A DNA stretch of 64,000 nt from Cenococcum geophilum (Eukaryota): contig CP158635.1 in the NCBI GenBank assembly GCA_050273025.1, positions 11,904,001-11,968,000 of the forward strand, written 5' to 3'. The notes beneath the pieces were generated by a model that worked only from the letters and a program-made list of their open reading frames with translations, was not told the origin of the DNA and did no database searches. The position numbers and the translations under genes were made by a program. Positions 25,601 through 37,249 of the stretch are shown piece after piece (within the stretch, counting starts at the first letter, position 1; each line of letters starts with the position of its first letter).

Positions 25601-28600
25601 AAGGATAACTATAACTTTAACTTTTATATTATTATTAATGTTATATATCTTAGCGGCAAGCTAGTGCTTTAAGTTATTAACTTCTTAACCTCCTTTTAAG
25701 CCGCGCGTTTCTTAAAAGATATATTAGCTAGAAACGCATAGGATACCCTTTAATTATACTAGATTAATATCTATTTAGAACCCCCTAATTAAATTATTTA
25801 TAATATAGGAAAGAACTTCTTATCTATAGAGTTCTAATAACAGATAAAGGTAATAGTAATTAAGGTTAAGGAAGTCCCCGTTAAGGCATATAATAGTATT
25901 AAAAAAGTGGAATAATATTACCCGCCATTACGCCGCGTATATAAGATTATTTTTTTAAAACTAAAGAATGCTAGTAAAGAACTTCCTTTATAAATAGCTG
26001 TTAAAACTATTAATAATTCCGCTAGCCCGGATAGACTTATACCTATATTACTAGTCTTTAGCGCCTACCCTTAAATAACTAATAATTTTTTACTATTTCC
26101 CTTTATTATAAAATAAGCTAAGGCTATTTATAAGGCAATAAAGGAGGTGTAACGTCTTTACGCTATACGCTAGGTTAATAACGCACTAGGAATAAGAAAT
26201 AGCCTAAATACCTTAACTACGCTTAATCTGCCACTTTAGTCTAAAGTATGTATATAGTGTAAAAAGGGAGGATAGTTAGGCCTATACTAACTTATTGCAA
26301 TTAATAGCTAAATTTATACTATTTAGATGCCTTACAGACCCACTTAATTCCATTTAACTATTATTAAGCCTTACTATAAAGATAATAATTCTAAGCCTTT
26401 ATAGGATGCCCTAAAAGATGCCCTAAAGGAAAACTATAATTAACGTGCTTTAAAAGGCGACTATAATTATAGTAGATATACCACAACTATAACGCGGTAG
26501 AGGTCGCCCAAAGGGATTATAAAATCGCTAATATCTTATTAATTTTAAAGAACAATTTGTTGCCGCTATTAGGAATAAAGTTAAGTTATTAATAGCCTTT
26601 ATAACAGCTAAAGAGAAGGCTAACTTTAAGCTCGCAAAACAGCTCTAAAAGGAAGGTTATATTATAACCCTAGGAGCTCCTTTCTAAGCATCTAATAAGT
26701 AGAAGATTGACGGTCTTATTATAAGAGGAGTTTTTAAATTTAAAAAGTATAACCCTACTAAGTTTAATAAAGTTCGCATCTTTAAGTTAAGGATAGTTAA
26801 TAAGATTAAGGGCAAAGCTACTAACGCCCTATTTAAGAAATTAAGGCTTATTATCTAAGGTTATAATAATAATAGTAAAGAGATAATTCTTATATAATCC
26901 CCTATAATTTAATAAGCTAGTTAGCAAGTTATTATTATATTAGCTTTCTTCTTAATAAAGAATAGAATAGCGGTTTATTTATAAAATATTACTTAAGCCT
27001 ACACCTAATTAGAGATGCACCTTTAGCGCTTAATATTGGCATACCTTTTAAAGCAAATTCACCACTAGTATCCTAAAAATACAATTATAGTTATGCTTAA
27101 GCCATTATATAGAATTATAGAGGTAGGAACTTATTAGTAGGCTACCTATAGTAAGCACTATAAAGAGAAGCTTTTAATAACTACTTCTATATTTAATCCC
27201 TACTTCCTTATTATAACTATAGGAACCCTATTTAGAATTATTGGTATATAAACTAATAATATAATTATCTTAGGAGACGACTAATTCTTAGCTCTTAAAG
27301 AGGATAAGCTAGTAAAGGCAAATCTTATAGTAAAGCTAAAGGAAAAGCTTAATTTAATAACACTATTACTTTTTAATAGATGCATTCTTTCCCTAAATAA
27401 GGATTCTATTGCTTTACGCTAAAAGGGTTAAGGTAAGAAGATTAACGTTATTAACGTTAATTCCCTAAAGTAAGGATATATAGAGCAACGCGCTTATAGA
27501 GCTTATATTACTTTTATCTATTAACCCAAGGCTTTATTTAATCTCTTTATTACCACTTAACACTAGGAACTAACTAAGAATAACGTTCTTACCCTAAATA
27601 AACGTCTTTCCTAGTAAATAAACTATCTTAATTAGGGACTACTTTATATGCCTATTAATCTTCCTACTACTAAGCTCTTTATATTTATTAATAGATCGTT
27701 TATAAATAATAAAGATTTTAGCTCCTAGTTAGGATATAAGATTATTATTACAAATAAATTTACTAGAGAGAATAACTTTATAATCTATAGTAATTTTATC
27801 TATTAGAGCTTAACTAAGAGTAAGCGCGTTACCTAAAGTATTTTGGCGTTAGAGATATATAAAATAGTTAGCGGAGTTAATATAGCAATTATAATTAGAA
27901 CTACCTTAAAGATAATTATAGATCGACTTAAACTTCCTATTATTCCTATAATTATATATACTAACTTATATTCCCTCTATAAGTGTTTAGTTAAGCTTAG
28001 TACTATAAAGAAAAAGCGCCTTATAATTAATATTATGGTACTTTAATAATTCTATAAGCGTTAAGAACTCTTTAAGATTTAATAAATTAATAGCTAAGAT
28101 AACCTAGTAGATATAATAATAAAGGCAAACCCAAATAAGGCACTAGAGACGTTAATTAATATAAATACTCTATATATATAAGTTAAAGGTCAGATTAAAA
28201 GGAAGTCCTTAGAAATTTCTTAGTTATATAAGGTCTTAAGATATCTAGAAACTTTAACCGGCGGTTAAAGTTATCTAATTAGTTAGATTTTCTTACTAAG
28301 ACTTTTTTAGAGGGGGGAATATAACATTTTATAAACCCTAACTTAACCTAGCTAATTAGGATTTTCTATCCCCGGGATAGAAAATCGCTATTAGCTTACT
28401 TACTACTAGCGCCTTAGCGGCTCTTTAAATAAGATATTTACCTATAACTCCTAAGTAAGAAAGCACTATATGCTAAGAGGTAAATTTTAGGACAGTAAGA
28501 CTTATATTATAATAGCAATAGTAAGTAAGGAGGATTAATATTTATTATGCTAGTTAAGCGGTATATATATATAGATAGCAACCGTAAAAGAAAAGTTGCT

Positions 28601-28873
28601 AGTGTTAAGAATATAGGCAAGTTGCCATTACGCGAGGTAAGTTGCCATCACGTGAGATAAGTTGCCGTCACGTGTCGCCGCGGCACTAGCGTGGCGAGGA
28701 GCCTTAAGCTCCTCGCCCTTTCTTAAGTAGAAAAGAACATAGAACAAAAACAATTATTATACTATCTACGAACCGTAGCTACGTAATATCACCTTATGTA
28801 ACCAACAATTATGGTATTGTTAAAAAATACTAAATCTTTATTAATAAGTATTAAATATTAATAAAAGCACTAA
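22663..28873. mobile_element. ~170-bp hairpin MITE (possibly hAT-type) interrupted by Copia-1
   Basis: 22663-22727 is the near-perfect reverse complement of 28808-28872 (tagtgcttttattaatatttaatacttattaataa...). Flanks ataaacgt / atggacgt resemble an 8-bp TSD with two G>A changes, with a 1-bp offset. Confidence 0.75.
22768..28807 (+). mobile_element. Ty1/Copia element, copy 1, full length, RIP-inactivated
   Basis: LTRs 22768-22952 and 28603-28807. TSD attat. Domain order gag (zinc knuckle ~24644), PR (IIPDTGA ~25045), IN (LH.RFGH, FKFTL, LGPP ~25440-25950), RT (KSRLIIQGY ~26840, LKPLYG ~27095), RNase H (SFANN, EKRL ~27700-28030). Confidence 0.96.
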
Positions 28874-29367
28874 ATGGACGTTTACGGGTCTACTAAACTG
28901 GTTATTTAGCTATGCCCCTAATTATAAACGTAAGTAGCTAGTAGTAAAGTTACGCCTAAAGGATATAAGCCGAGCGGCGAGAGTGTAATAAGGAAGGAAG
29001 TTGGATTAGGGAAGACGGCTTGGCCTAAACCCTATATTCCGCGTGAATATAGTGATGTAATATTCCCCCGCTTCTATGCACCTATTAAAAGCCACTCCTT
29101 TGCCGGCCTTTTAGGCAAATATACCTATACCTTTATCCTTAAAAAACGAATATTTAAGGGGATTATAATAATATTGGTTCTCTACTTTTAAGTTAAACTG
29201 TAAATAAACATTTTATTTCTCTTTATATATAAAAATAGGATCCTGCCGACAATAGGTATTAAGTAAGGTAAATAGAATAGCTAAGCTTAAAGAACCTATA
29301 AGAAAAAAATCAAACGCGCGAATTCTAATAAGGTATGAAGCGAGAATTAGTTAATTAATTGAAGAAA

Positions 29368-30201
29368 GGGGTTTATATAAAACCCACCTCCTATAAACAG
29401 AATTACGGCGCTTTTAACCCCCCTATATAGTAGGGGAGCTGCTACCTTAAACGTACTATATACTTAAGCGCATTAAATAGTATATTATTAAATTATTAAC
29501 CATTCTTCCTAAACCTTAGGGTTTTATAAGCTTTATAGTATAGGAGAATTAAATAAGCGACTTAATTGTAAATATAGCTTTAAAGACTCTATATATACAC
29601 GAGGTAGGAATTAAGAAGATAATGATAATAATATATAATTGCCTCGGTAGATAGTACTTATAGTTAGTAATAGGTAGGTATTAAAATATATAATATTAAG
29701 AAATAAAGTAGTAAGTTATAAGGTGGTAGAAGTCTTAGTAGTTAGTTATTTCTAAGGCTTTATTAGCCTACCTTATTGCTCGCCTATAAGTAATAGTAAT
29801 AGCGTATTTTGTCTTTTGGTTCTTCTTTTAGTGTTAGAAGCTTACTAGCACCTAGCCACTTTATCTTTAACTATTGGCTATTTAATTAACCTTAAACGCG
29901 TGACGGCTTTACGTTATAACTAAGCGCTATAGCTTTACAGACGTGTAAAAACCGGCTTAGTACGCGCGTATTTTATTTTAGACCTTAACCTCCTTTTTTG
30001 CATAGTAGGAGAGTATAGTTATAGATAATAATAATAGAATTATAAGTAATGTAGAGTGTTAGTGTGCTTAAGTATATAGTGCGTTTAAGGTGGCGGCCCC
30101 CCTACTATATAGGGGGGTTAAAAGCGCCGGGTAAACTTTAATTAGTAGGAGGTGGATATTAAAATATACAAAACTTTAGACGTACATTTTATATAAACCC
30201 C
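29368..30201. mobile_element. Non-autonomous Mutator-like TIR element
   Basis: Termini ggggtttatataaaa / ttttatataaacccc. Long imperfect TIRs (29368-29472 vs 30061-30201). 9-bp TSD ttgaagaaa / ttaaaaaaa (two G>A). Confidence 0.78.
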
Positions 30202-30924
30202 TTAAAAAAATTAAGAGAGCCTAAATAGAATAAAAATAATTCTAATATAAGGCCTTAGCGTAATAGGCAGTTAACGCAAATCTTACTAGGCAATTTTATT
30301 ATTTTCTTTATCTACCTATTCTTATATTAAAGCTAGTTTATAGTAAGTAACATCTAAAGTAGATTAAAGGCAGCCCTATAACTCTAGTTACGTATACTTT
30401 CTAGAGTTATATATCTACCTATTCTATCTATACTATATATTTAATAATTTTAAAATTATTACTTTAAGATATAAAAGCCGTTCTTTAATAGTAAATCCTT
30501 CTAAACTAGCTGGATTAGTAGCCTATAGAGGAGGTTAATTACTAATATCTAGTAAAGGGGTTGCGTTTAAGTATAGAGACTAGTAATTAGGTCCTATAGC
30601 TATTAGGCTAATAGGTAGCATAATATAGCTAGTATCTAGTAAAGGGGTTGCGTAGTAAGGCGGAGGAGCTTAAGCTCCTATTGTTCTGGTAATAGCATTC
30701 TAACGTCTACGTTTTATAACTCTTTCCCGCGTTTTAAAAGGAGTAAATACTAAAGGCGAAATTCCGGATTTGTGGTAGAGGCTATATAGGAGACTTTTAA
30801 CCTAGGGATAATTATAATATCTCTTTAGTATGCCTTTAGTATACTAATATATTCTAGGCTTACCTGAAAATTTTAGCTTTAAATATTATATTAGTGCATT
30901 TAAATATCCTCTAGATAGAGAAGT

Positions 30925-33900
30925 TGTTGGACTTATAAGGGGATATCACGTAGCTACGGTTCGTAGATAGTATGATAATTGTTATTATATATTATAAAAG
31001 GGGAAGGGCGAGGAACTTAAGGTTCCTCGCTACGGTAGTGTCGCGGCAACACGTGATAACACGTAATAACCGCTTGCCCCATTCCCAACACTGGCAACTC
31101 TTCTTTTATAGTTGCCATCTATATACACTTATAGATTGCCACTATACAAGGATATAAAGCTAAGGAGAAGAAAAAGGGGAGGGAGGATATTAGGGTTAAC
31201 GTAAATATAAAGGGGCCACTAAGGCGCTAGTGGTAAGCGAGCTAATAGCGATTTTCTATACCGGGCATAGAAAATCCTAATTGGCTAGATCAATGAATGG
31301 CGTCGGCAGAACTCCACACCGCCACCTAAATTAATTAGGCGTAGCGCTCTTAGTAAGAATCTAACTAATTAGACAACTTTAACCGGCGGTTAAAGTTCTA
31401 TAAGATCTTAACTTCTTTAAATTTCCCTCTTAACCTAACCTTTAACTTATATATATAGAGTATTTATATTAATGAATATCTCTAGTACCTTATTTAGGTT
31501 TGCCTTTATTATTACATCTACCGGGTTATTTTAGCCATTAATTTATTAAATCTTAAAGAGTTCTTAACGCTTATAGGATTACTGAAGTGCTATAATATTA
31601 ATTATAAGGCGCTTCTCCTTTATGGTGCCAAGCTTAACTAAATACTTATAGAGGGAGTATAAGTTAGTGCACACGATTGTAGGAATAGCGGGAATTTTAA
31701 GTTAATCCGTAATTATCTTAAGGGTAGTTCTAATTATAATTGCTATATTAACTCCGCTAACTATTTTATATATCTCTAACGCTAGAACGCTTTAAGTAAT
31801 ATATTTACTCTTAGTTAAGCTCTAATAGATAAGGTTACTATAGATTATAAAGTTATTCTCTCTAGTAGATTTGTTTATAATAATAATCTTATATCCTAAC
31901 TAGGAGCTAAAATCTTTATTATTAGTAAACGATCTATTAATAAACACGAAGATCTTAGCGGTAGGGAGATTAATAGGCATATAGAGTAGCCCTCGGTTAA
32001 GATAATTTATCTACTAGAAAAGGCGCTTATTTAGAGCAAGAACGTTATCCTTAGTTAGTTTCTAGTATTAGGCGGCAATAAAGAGATTAAAGAAAGCCTT
32101 AGGTTAATAGATAGAAGCAATATAAGCCCCGCGAGCGCGTTGTTCCACATATTCTTATTTTAGAGAATTAACGTTAATAACGTTAATCTTCTTACCTTAA
32201 CCCTTCTGGCGTAAAGCAATGGAATCCTTATTTATGGAAAGGATACATTTATTAAAGAGTAATAGTGTTATTAAATTAAGTCTTTCCTTTGGCTTTGCTA
32301 TAAGATTTGCCTTTACTAGCTTATCTTCTTTAAGAGCTAAGAATTAGTCGTCTCCTAAGATAATTATATTATTAGTTTATATGCCGACGATTCTAAATAG
32401 AGTTCCTATAGTTATAATAAGGAAGTAGGGATCGAATATAGAAGTAGTTATTAAAAGCTTTTCTTTATAGTGCTTGCTGTAAGTAGCCTACTAATAGGTT
32501 CCTACCTCTGCGATTCCGTATAATGGCTTAAGGACAACTATAATTGTATCTTTAGGATATTAGTGGCGAATTTGCTCTAGAAGATATGTAAGTATTAAGC
32601 GCTAAAGGCACGTCTCTAATTAGGTATAGGCCTAAGTAATATCTCGCAAATAAACTGCTATTCCGTTCTTTATTAAGGAGGGAGCTAGTGCAATAATAAC
32701 TCGCTAACTAGCTCGTTAAATTATAGGAAATTACATAAGAATTATCTCTTTACTATTATTATTGTAACCTTAGATAATAAGCCTTAATTTCTTAAATAGG
32801 GCGTTAGTAGCCTTACCCTTAATCTCGTTAACCATTCTTAACTTAAAGATGCGAATTCCATTAAACTTAGTAGGGTTATACTTCTTAAATTTAAAAACTC
32901 CTCTTGCGATAAGACCGTCGATCTCCCGCTTATTAGATGCTTAGAAGGGGGCTTCTGGAGTTATAATACAACCTTCCTTTTAGAGCTGTTTTGCGAGCTT
33001 AAAGTCAGCCTTCTCTTTAGCTGTTATAAAGGCCATCGACAGCTCGGCTCTACTCTTAATAGCGGCAATAAATTGCTCTTCGAAATTAATAAGATATTAG
33101 CGATTTCGTGATCCCTTCGGGCGGCCTCTACCGCGTCGTGGTTGCGGTACATCTACTACGATTATATTAGGATTGTAGTCGCCTTCTAGGGCACGCTGAT
33201 CGTGGTTCTCCTCTGGGGCATCTTCTGGGGTATTTTCTGGGGTATCTTTTAGGATATCCTGCAGAGGCTCGGAACTGTCATCTTTATAGTAGGGCTTAAT
33301 AACAGTTAAACGGAATTAGGTGGGTCCGTGAGGCATTATCCTCCCTTTTTGCGCCATACGCGTACCTTAGATTGGAGCGGCAGATTGAGCGTAGTTAAGG
33401 TGTTTAGGCCATTTCTTATTCCTAGTACATCGTTAACCTGGCGCGTAGCGTAGAGACGTTACACCTCTTTTATTGCTTTACGAATAGCCTCGGCTTATTA
33501 TATAATAGAGGGAGATAGTGGAGAATTATTAGTTATTTAAGGGTAGGCGCTAAAGACTAGCAACGTAGGTATAAGCCTATCTAGACTAGCGGAGTCGTTA
33601 ATAGCCTTAATAGCCATCTATAAGATAAGCTCTTTACTAGCGTCCTTTAGTTCTAAAGAAATAATCTTATACGCTTGGCGTAGTGGCGTATAATATCGTT
33701 CTACTTTTCTGACGCTACTATGTGCCTTAATAGGGACTTCCTTAACCTTAATTGCTATTGCTTTTGTTTATTACCAAAACTCTATAAATAAGAAGTTCCT
33801 TTCTATATTATAAATGACTTAATCCAGGGGTCCTAGATAGACATTAATCCAGTATAATTAAAGAGTATCCTATGCGTTTCTAGTTAATATATCCTTTAGG

Positions 33901-36801
33901 AAGCGTGCGGCTTAGAAGGAAGTTAAGAAGTTAACAACTTGGAGTACTAGCTTACCGCTAAGGTATATAATATTAATAATAATATAGAAGTTAAAGTTGT
34001 AGTTATCTTTAAGGGTGAACTTAAATCAGCTAGGGGACTTCTGGTTTATTTGGTAGTAATAGTAGTACTTTATAAGATGCTTAATCGTCTTAACCTTAAC
34101 TTTATAACCTACTCGCTAAAGAACCCTAAATAGTTAGTAAACGGATAAGTGGCCAAAACAACGGTGTAGTTAACGTAGCTCTAGCTCGGTTAAGTAACTC
34201 TAAGTAACGCTTCTTTCTGGCTATTAAAGGAGCAACTAAGGGTGACCCTACTTACGTATAATAGGCACCCAATTATCTCCCTAAATAAGTATATTCTTAA
34301 GGTTGTTAAGCTTAACGCCTAATCTATTTATATCTTAGATATAGAATAGAAACGGGGTGTTCGCGAGGACGATATAGAAAGTAATACATCCTAATGGGGT
34401 TTAGACCTTAATTGTGCCGAGAGAGATTGTAATACCCTTACCGAAGCGAATTATATATTGGCCTGCCGTTAATTGGTCGATTTAAACAGAGCTATTAAGC
34501 TGCTAAAGAGCTTAAACTTAAGGTTCTCCTACTATAGATACTCCTGCGGCTCTAGTATCTAGCATAATACTATAAAAGACGTTTGCTAAGTATTTGTCAT
34601 TAAAGGAGAACACAGAACTTTCCTTTAGCTTATTAAAGATATTTAACTTTATAACAGAATGGAACGTAGATTAGTTATTAAGGATAGTAATGGTTTATAT
34701 ACCATTTACCTTACTATACTTAGTAAAGTATTGGTTGGGAGAGTAGTCCTTAATGTCTATATCTATAAGGAGCTATTTAGCCTTATTAACCTTATTTTTA
34801 AGGTCTTCTATACCTTTATATTAGACTAGAAAGCTTTAGAAGTAGGCTATAGTAACCTTATAATTTCTAACGTTTCTTATATTCTGTCGGAACTTATTAT
34901 ATACCTCCTTTTACTTATTAAGAGAGTGTCTATTTAACTAGCAATTTGGCTTCTTATAAATATAGCACTTCTTCTAACAGTTATTCCGAAATGAACCTTT
35001 ATAAGGACCTCCACAATTACTTTATAGTTAATATTAATTATACCCTCTACTATATCCCCTACTCCAGCCGCTATATGTTTAATTAGTTTAGTTATAATTA
35101 TATTAGTTTAGAATCCTGGTTTAAATAGGGTTTTTAGTATAAAATTATTGGGGTTCTTATATTTATATTATAGTGCCTATAGCGGAGCGTAGTTTAGTAT
35201 ATATTTCTTTAAATATATCTATAGGTTTATATAGCGCTAAGTTGCACTTAGGAATGCTATGGCATACTAAAATAACCTAGTCCCTTAGACTGTTCTCGTT
35301 TTAGTAGGTTTTAGTAAAACTATATTAGATTTTCTAGAGTTTATTAAAGAGTAGTTAAAGGCACTTTAGGCGAGTTATTATTAGGTTAAAAGCAATAACT
35401 CTCTAAAATATAGTCTCCCGCTATTTAGATATATAGAGTTAGCGGTTCTTATTAGTTTTAAAGTAGGCTCTAATAAGCTAAAGCATTATATTAAAGCTAT
35501 AGTTTTTACCTATAATATAGTCGTAATAGAATGTTACTGCCTGTCCCTTTAATATAATAGAGAAAGCATAATAGAACTAGTGGCGTTAAATTTTAACCTT
35601 ATTGCAGCAGTTATAAAAGACCTATAGTTTTACTTTAAGTATATCGTATAATTCTTCTCTAAACTTCTTCTCTTTATCTAAATATACCTTTATTAAATTC
35701 GTAACTTCTTAAAATAGAGGCTTATTAGTTAGCTGGGATAGAGGAGTTAAAGGTAGTAGAGGTAGAGGAAGAGCACCTCTAGGTAGGAGAGCACCTTTAG
35801 GTAGGAGAGTAGCGTTTTAGGGGTTTTGTTCTAAATTAAAGTTACCTTTTAAAGAATATAGGTTGGTTTTAGGTTTCCGTAGTTAACGTATAATTTTAGC
35901 TTCCGTCTATACTGGTTCTTCTATACTAGTAAGAACGGCATAAATATTACTAGTAATTAGGTTACTATCCTTAGTAATATACACCCTATTCCTTTAAAGG
36001 GAGTCTTAAAAATCTTAAATAATATTAATATTGCTAAGTGCCTAGGTGTCGGCAGTCTATCCTATAAAATCCTCCCTAAAGTATTCCCATAACTATAAAT
36101 TAGTATAGTAGCTATCTCGGTAGAATAGAATATGGTATAGGAGAAAGCTGTTAACTTATTTTGCGGTATAGGTTATTATATTAAAGGTAAATATGTCCTA
36201 ATCTTTATTAATAAGTTTCGCGTATATAGCTACCCCTAGTAGTAAGGAGTCTCTCCAGTTGTTTAGAGTGGCTATAGTTATATCTTTAAAGGAAGGGAAT
36301 ATTAGTAGTATAGGGATTATTATTTAGTACGCGTTCGTAACATATATTTATAATTATAGGGCTTAGGACTAGTTCTAGCCTTAAATTATAAAGACTTATA
36401 AAGCGTGTTATTCTGCGTAATGGACGTAAGAATCCGTAATTTTAAAAAGGCTTAGGACCAGTTCTAGCCTTTTAAATCCTTAGATTTGTGGAAGAGTTCT
36501 ATTTAAAGTTTAGGACCAGTTCTAACCTTAAAAGACAGCTTCCTTTAGTATGAGTAGCACTAGTATAGTGGCTTATCTCTTCTTAGTAATACCTAGCTGT
36601 TCTATAGTATAATAGTGAAATTAACTACTAATTAGTGTTAGACTTATAAGGGGATATCACGTAGCTACGGTTCGTAGATAGTATGATAATTGTTATTATA
36701 TATTGTAAAAGGGGAAAGGCGAGGAACTTAAGGTTCCTCGCTATAGTAGTGTCGCGGCGACACGTAATAACACGTGACGACCGCTTGCCCCATTCCCGAC
36801 A
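30925..36801 (-). mobile_element. Ty1/Copia element, copy 2 (variant LTR), full length, RIP-inactivated
   Basis: 166-bp LTRs 30925-31090 and 36636-36801. TSD gaagt. Internal region is the reverse complement of copies 1 and 3. Confidence 0.96.
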
Positions 36802-37249
36802 GAAGTAATATAGCGTCTAAAAATACTCTAGCCCGTAATAGTTATCTCTGCTTTAATCTTAGTTCTTAGGAGGTTAATACTACCCTCCTTAAAAAGAAAT
36901 AGCTGTTCTCCTTAATTGGTTATATATTCTTTATATCTCTTAATAATAGCGTCCCCTTTTAGAAGATATGCTATAGCTAATTTATAATTTAAGTAACCCC
37001 TTTAGGGAGTAGGGGCCTATAGAAGCAATTAATATCTATTAGCGTATAGTTTATAGCCTACAATCTCCCTTTTAACTCTATTGTTATATACCTATCCTCT
37101 AAACGTATATAGTTTAGGCCTAGTAAATAGAATATTTAGGGGTTAGTTGGCTCCTATAGATGGAATTTCATTACCTTTTATAGGTGGGACTGTGCTATTA
37201 GGGGGCTGGTTTCCGCCTCTATTTTCGCTGCCTTTAATAGGTAGAATAG

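Noticed and set aside
27843..28046. Supplied 67-aa ORF
   Set aside because: A stop-free remnant of the Copia RNase H, not an independent gene.
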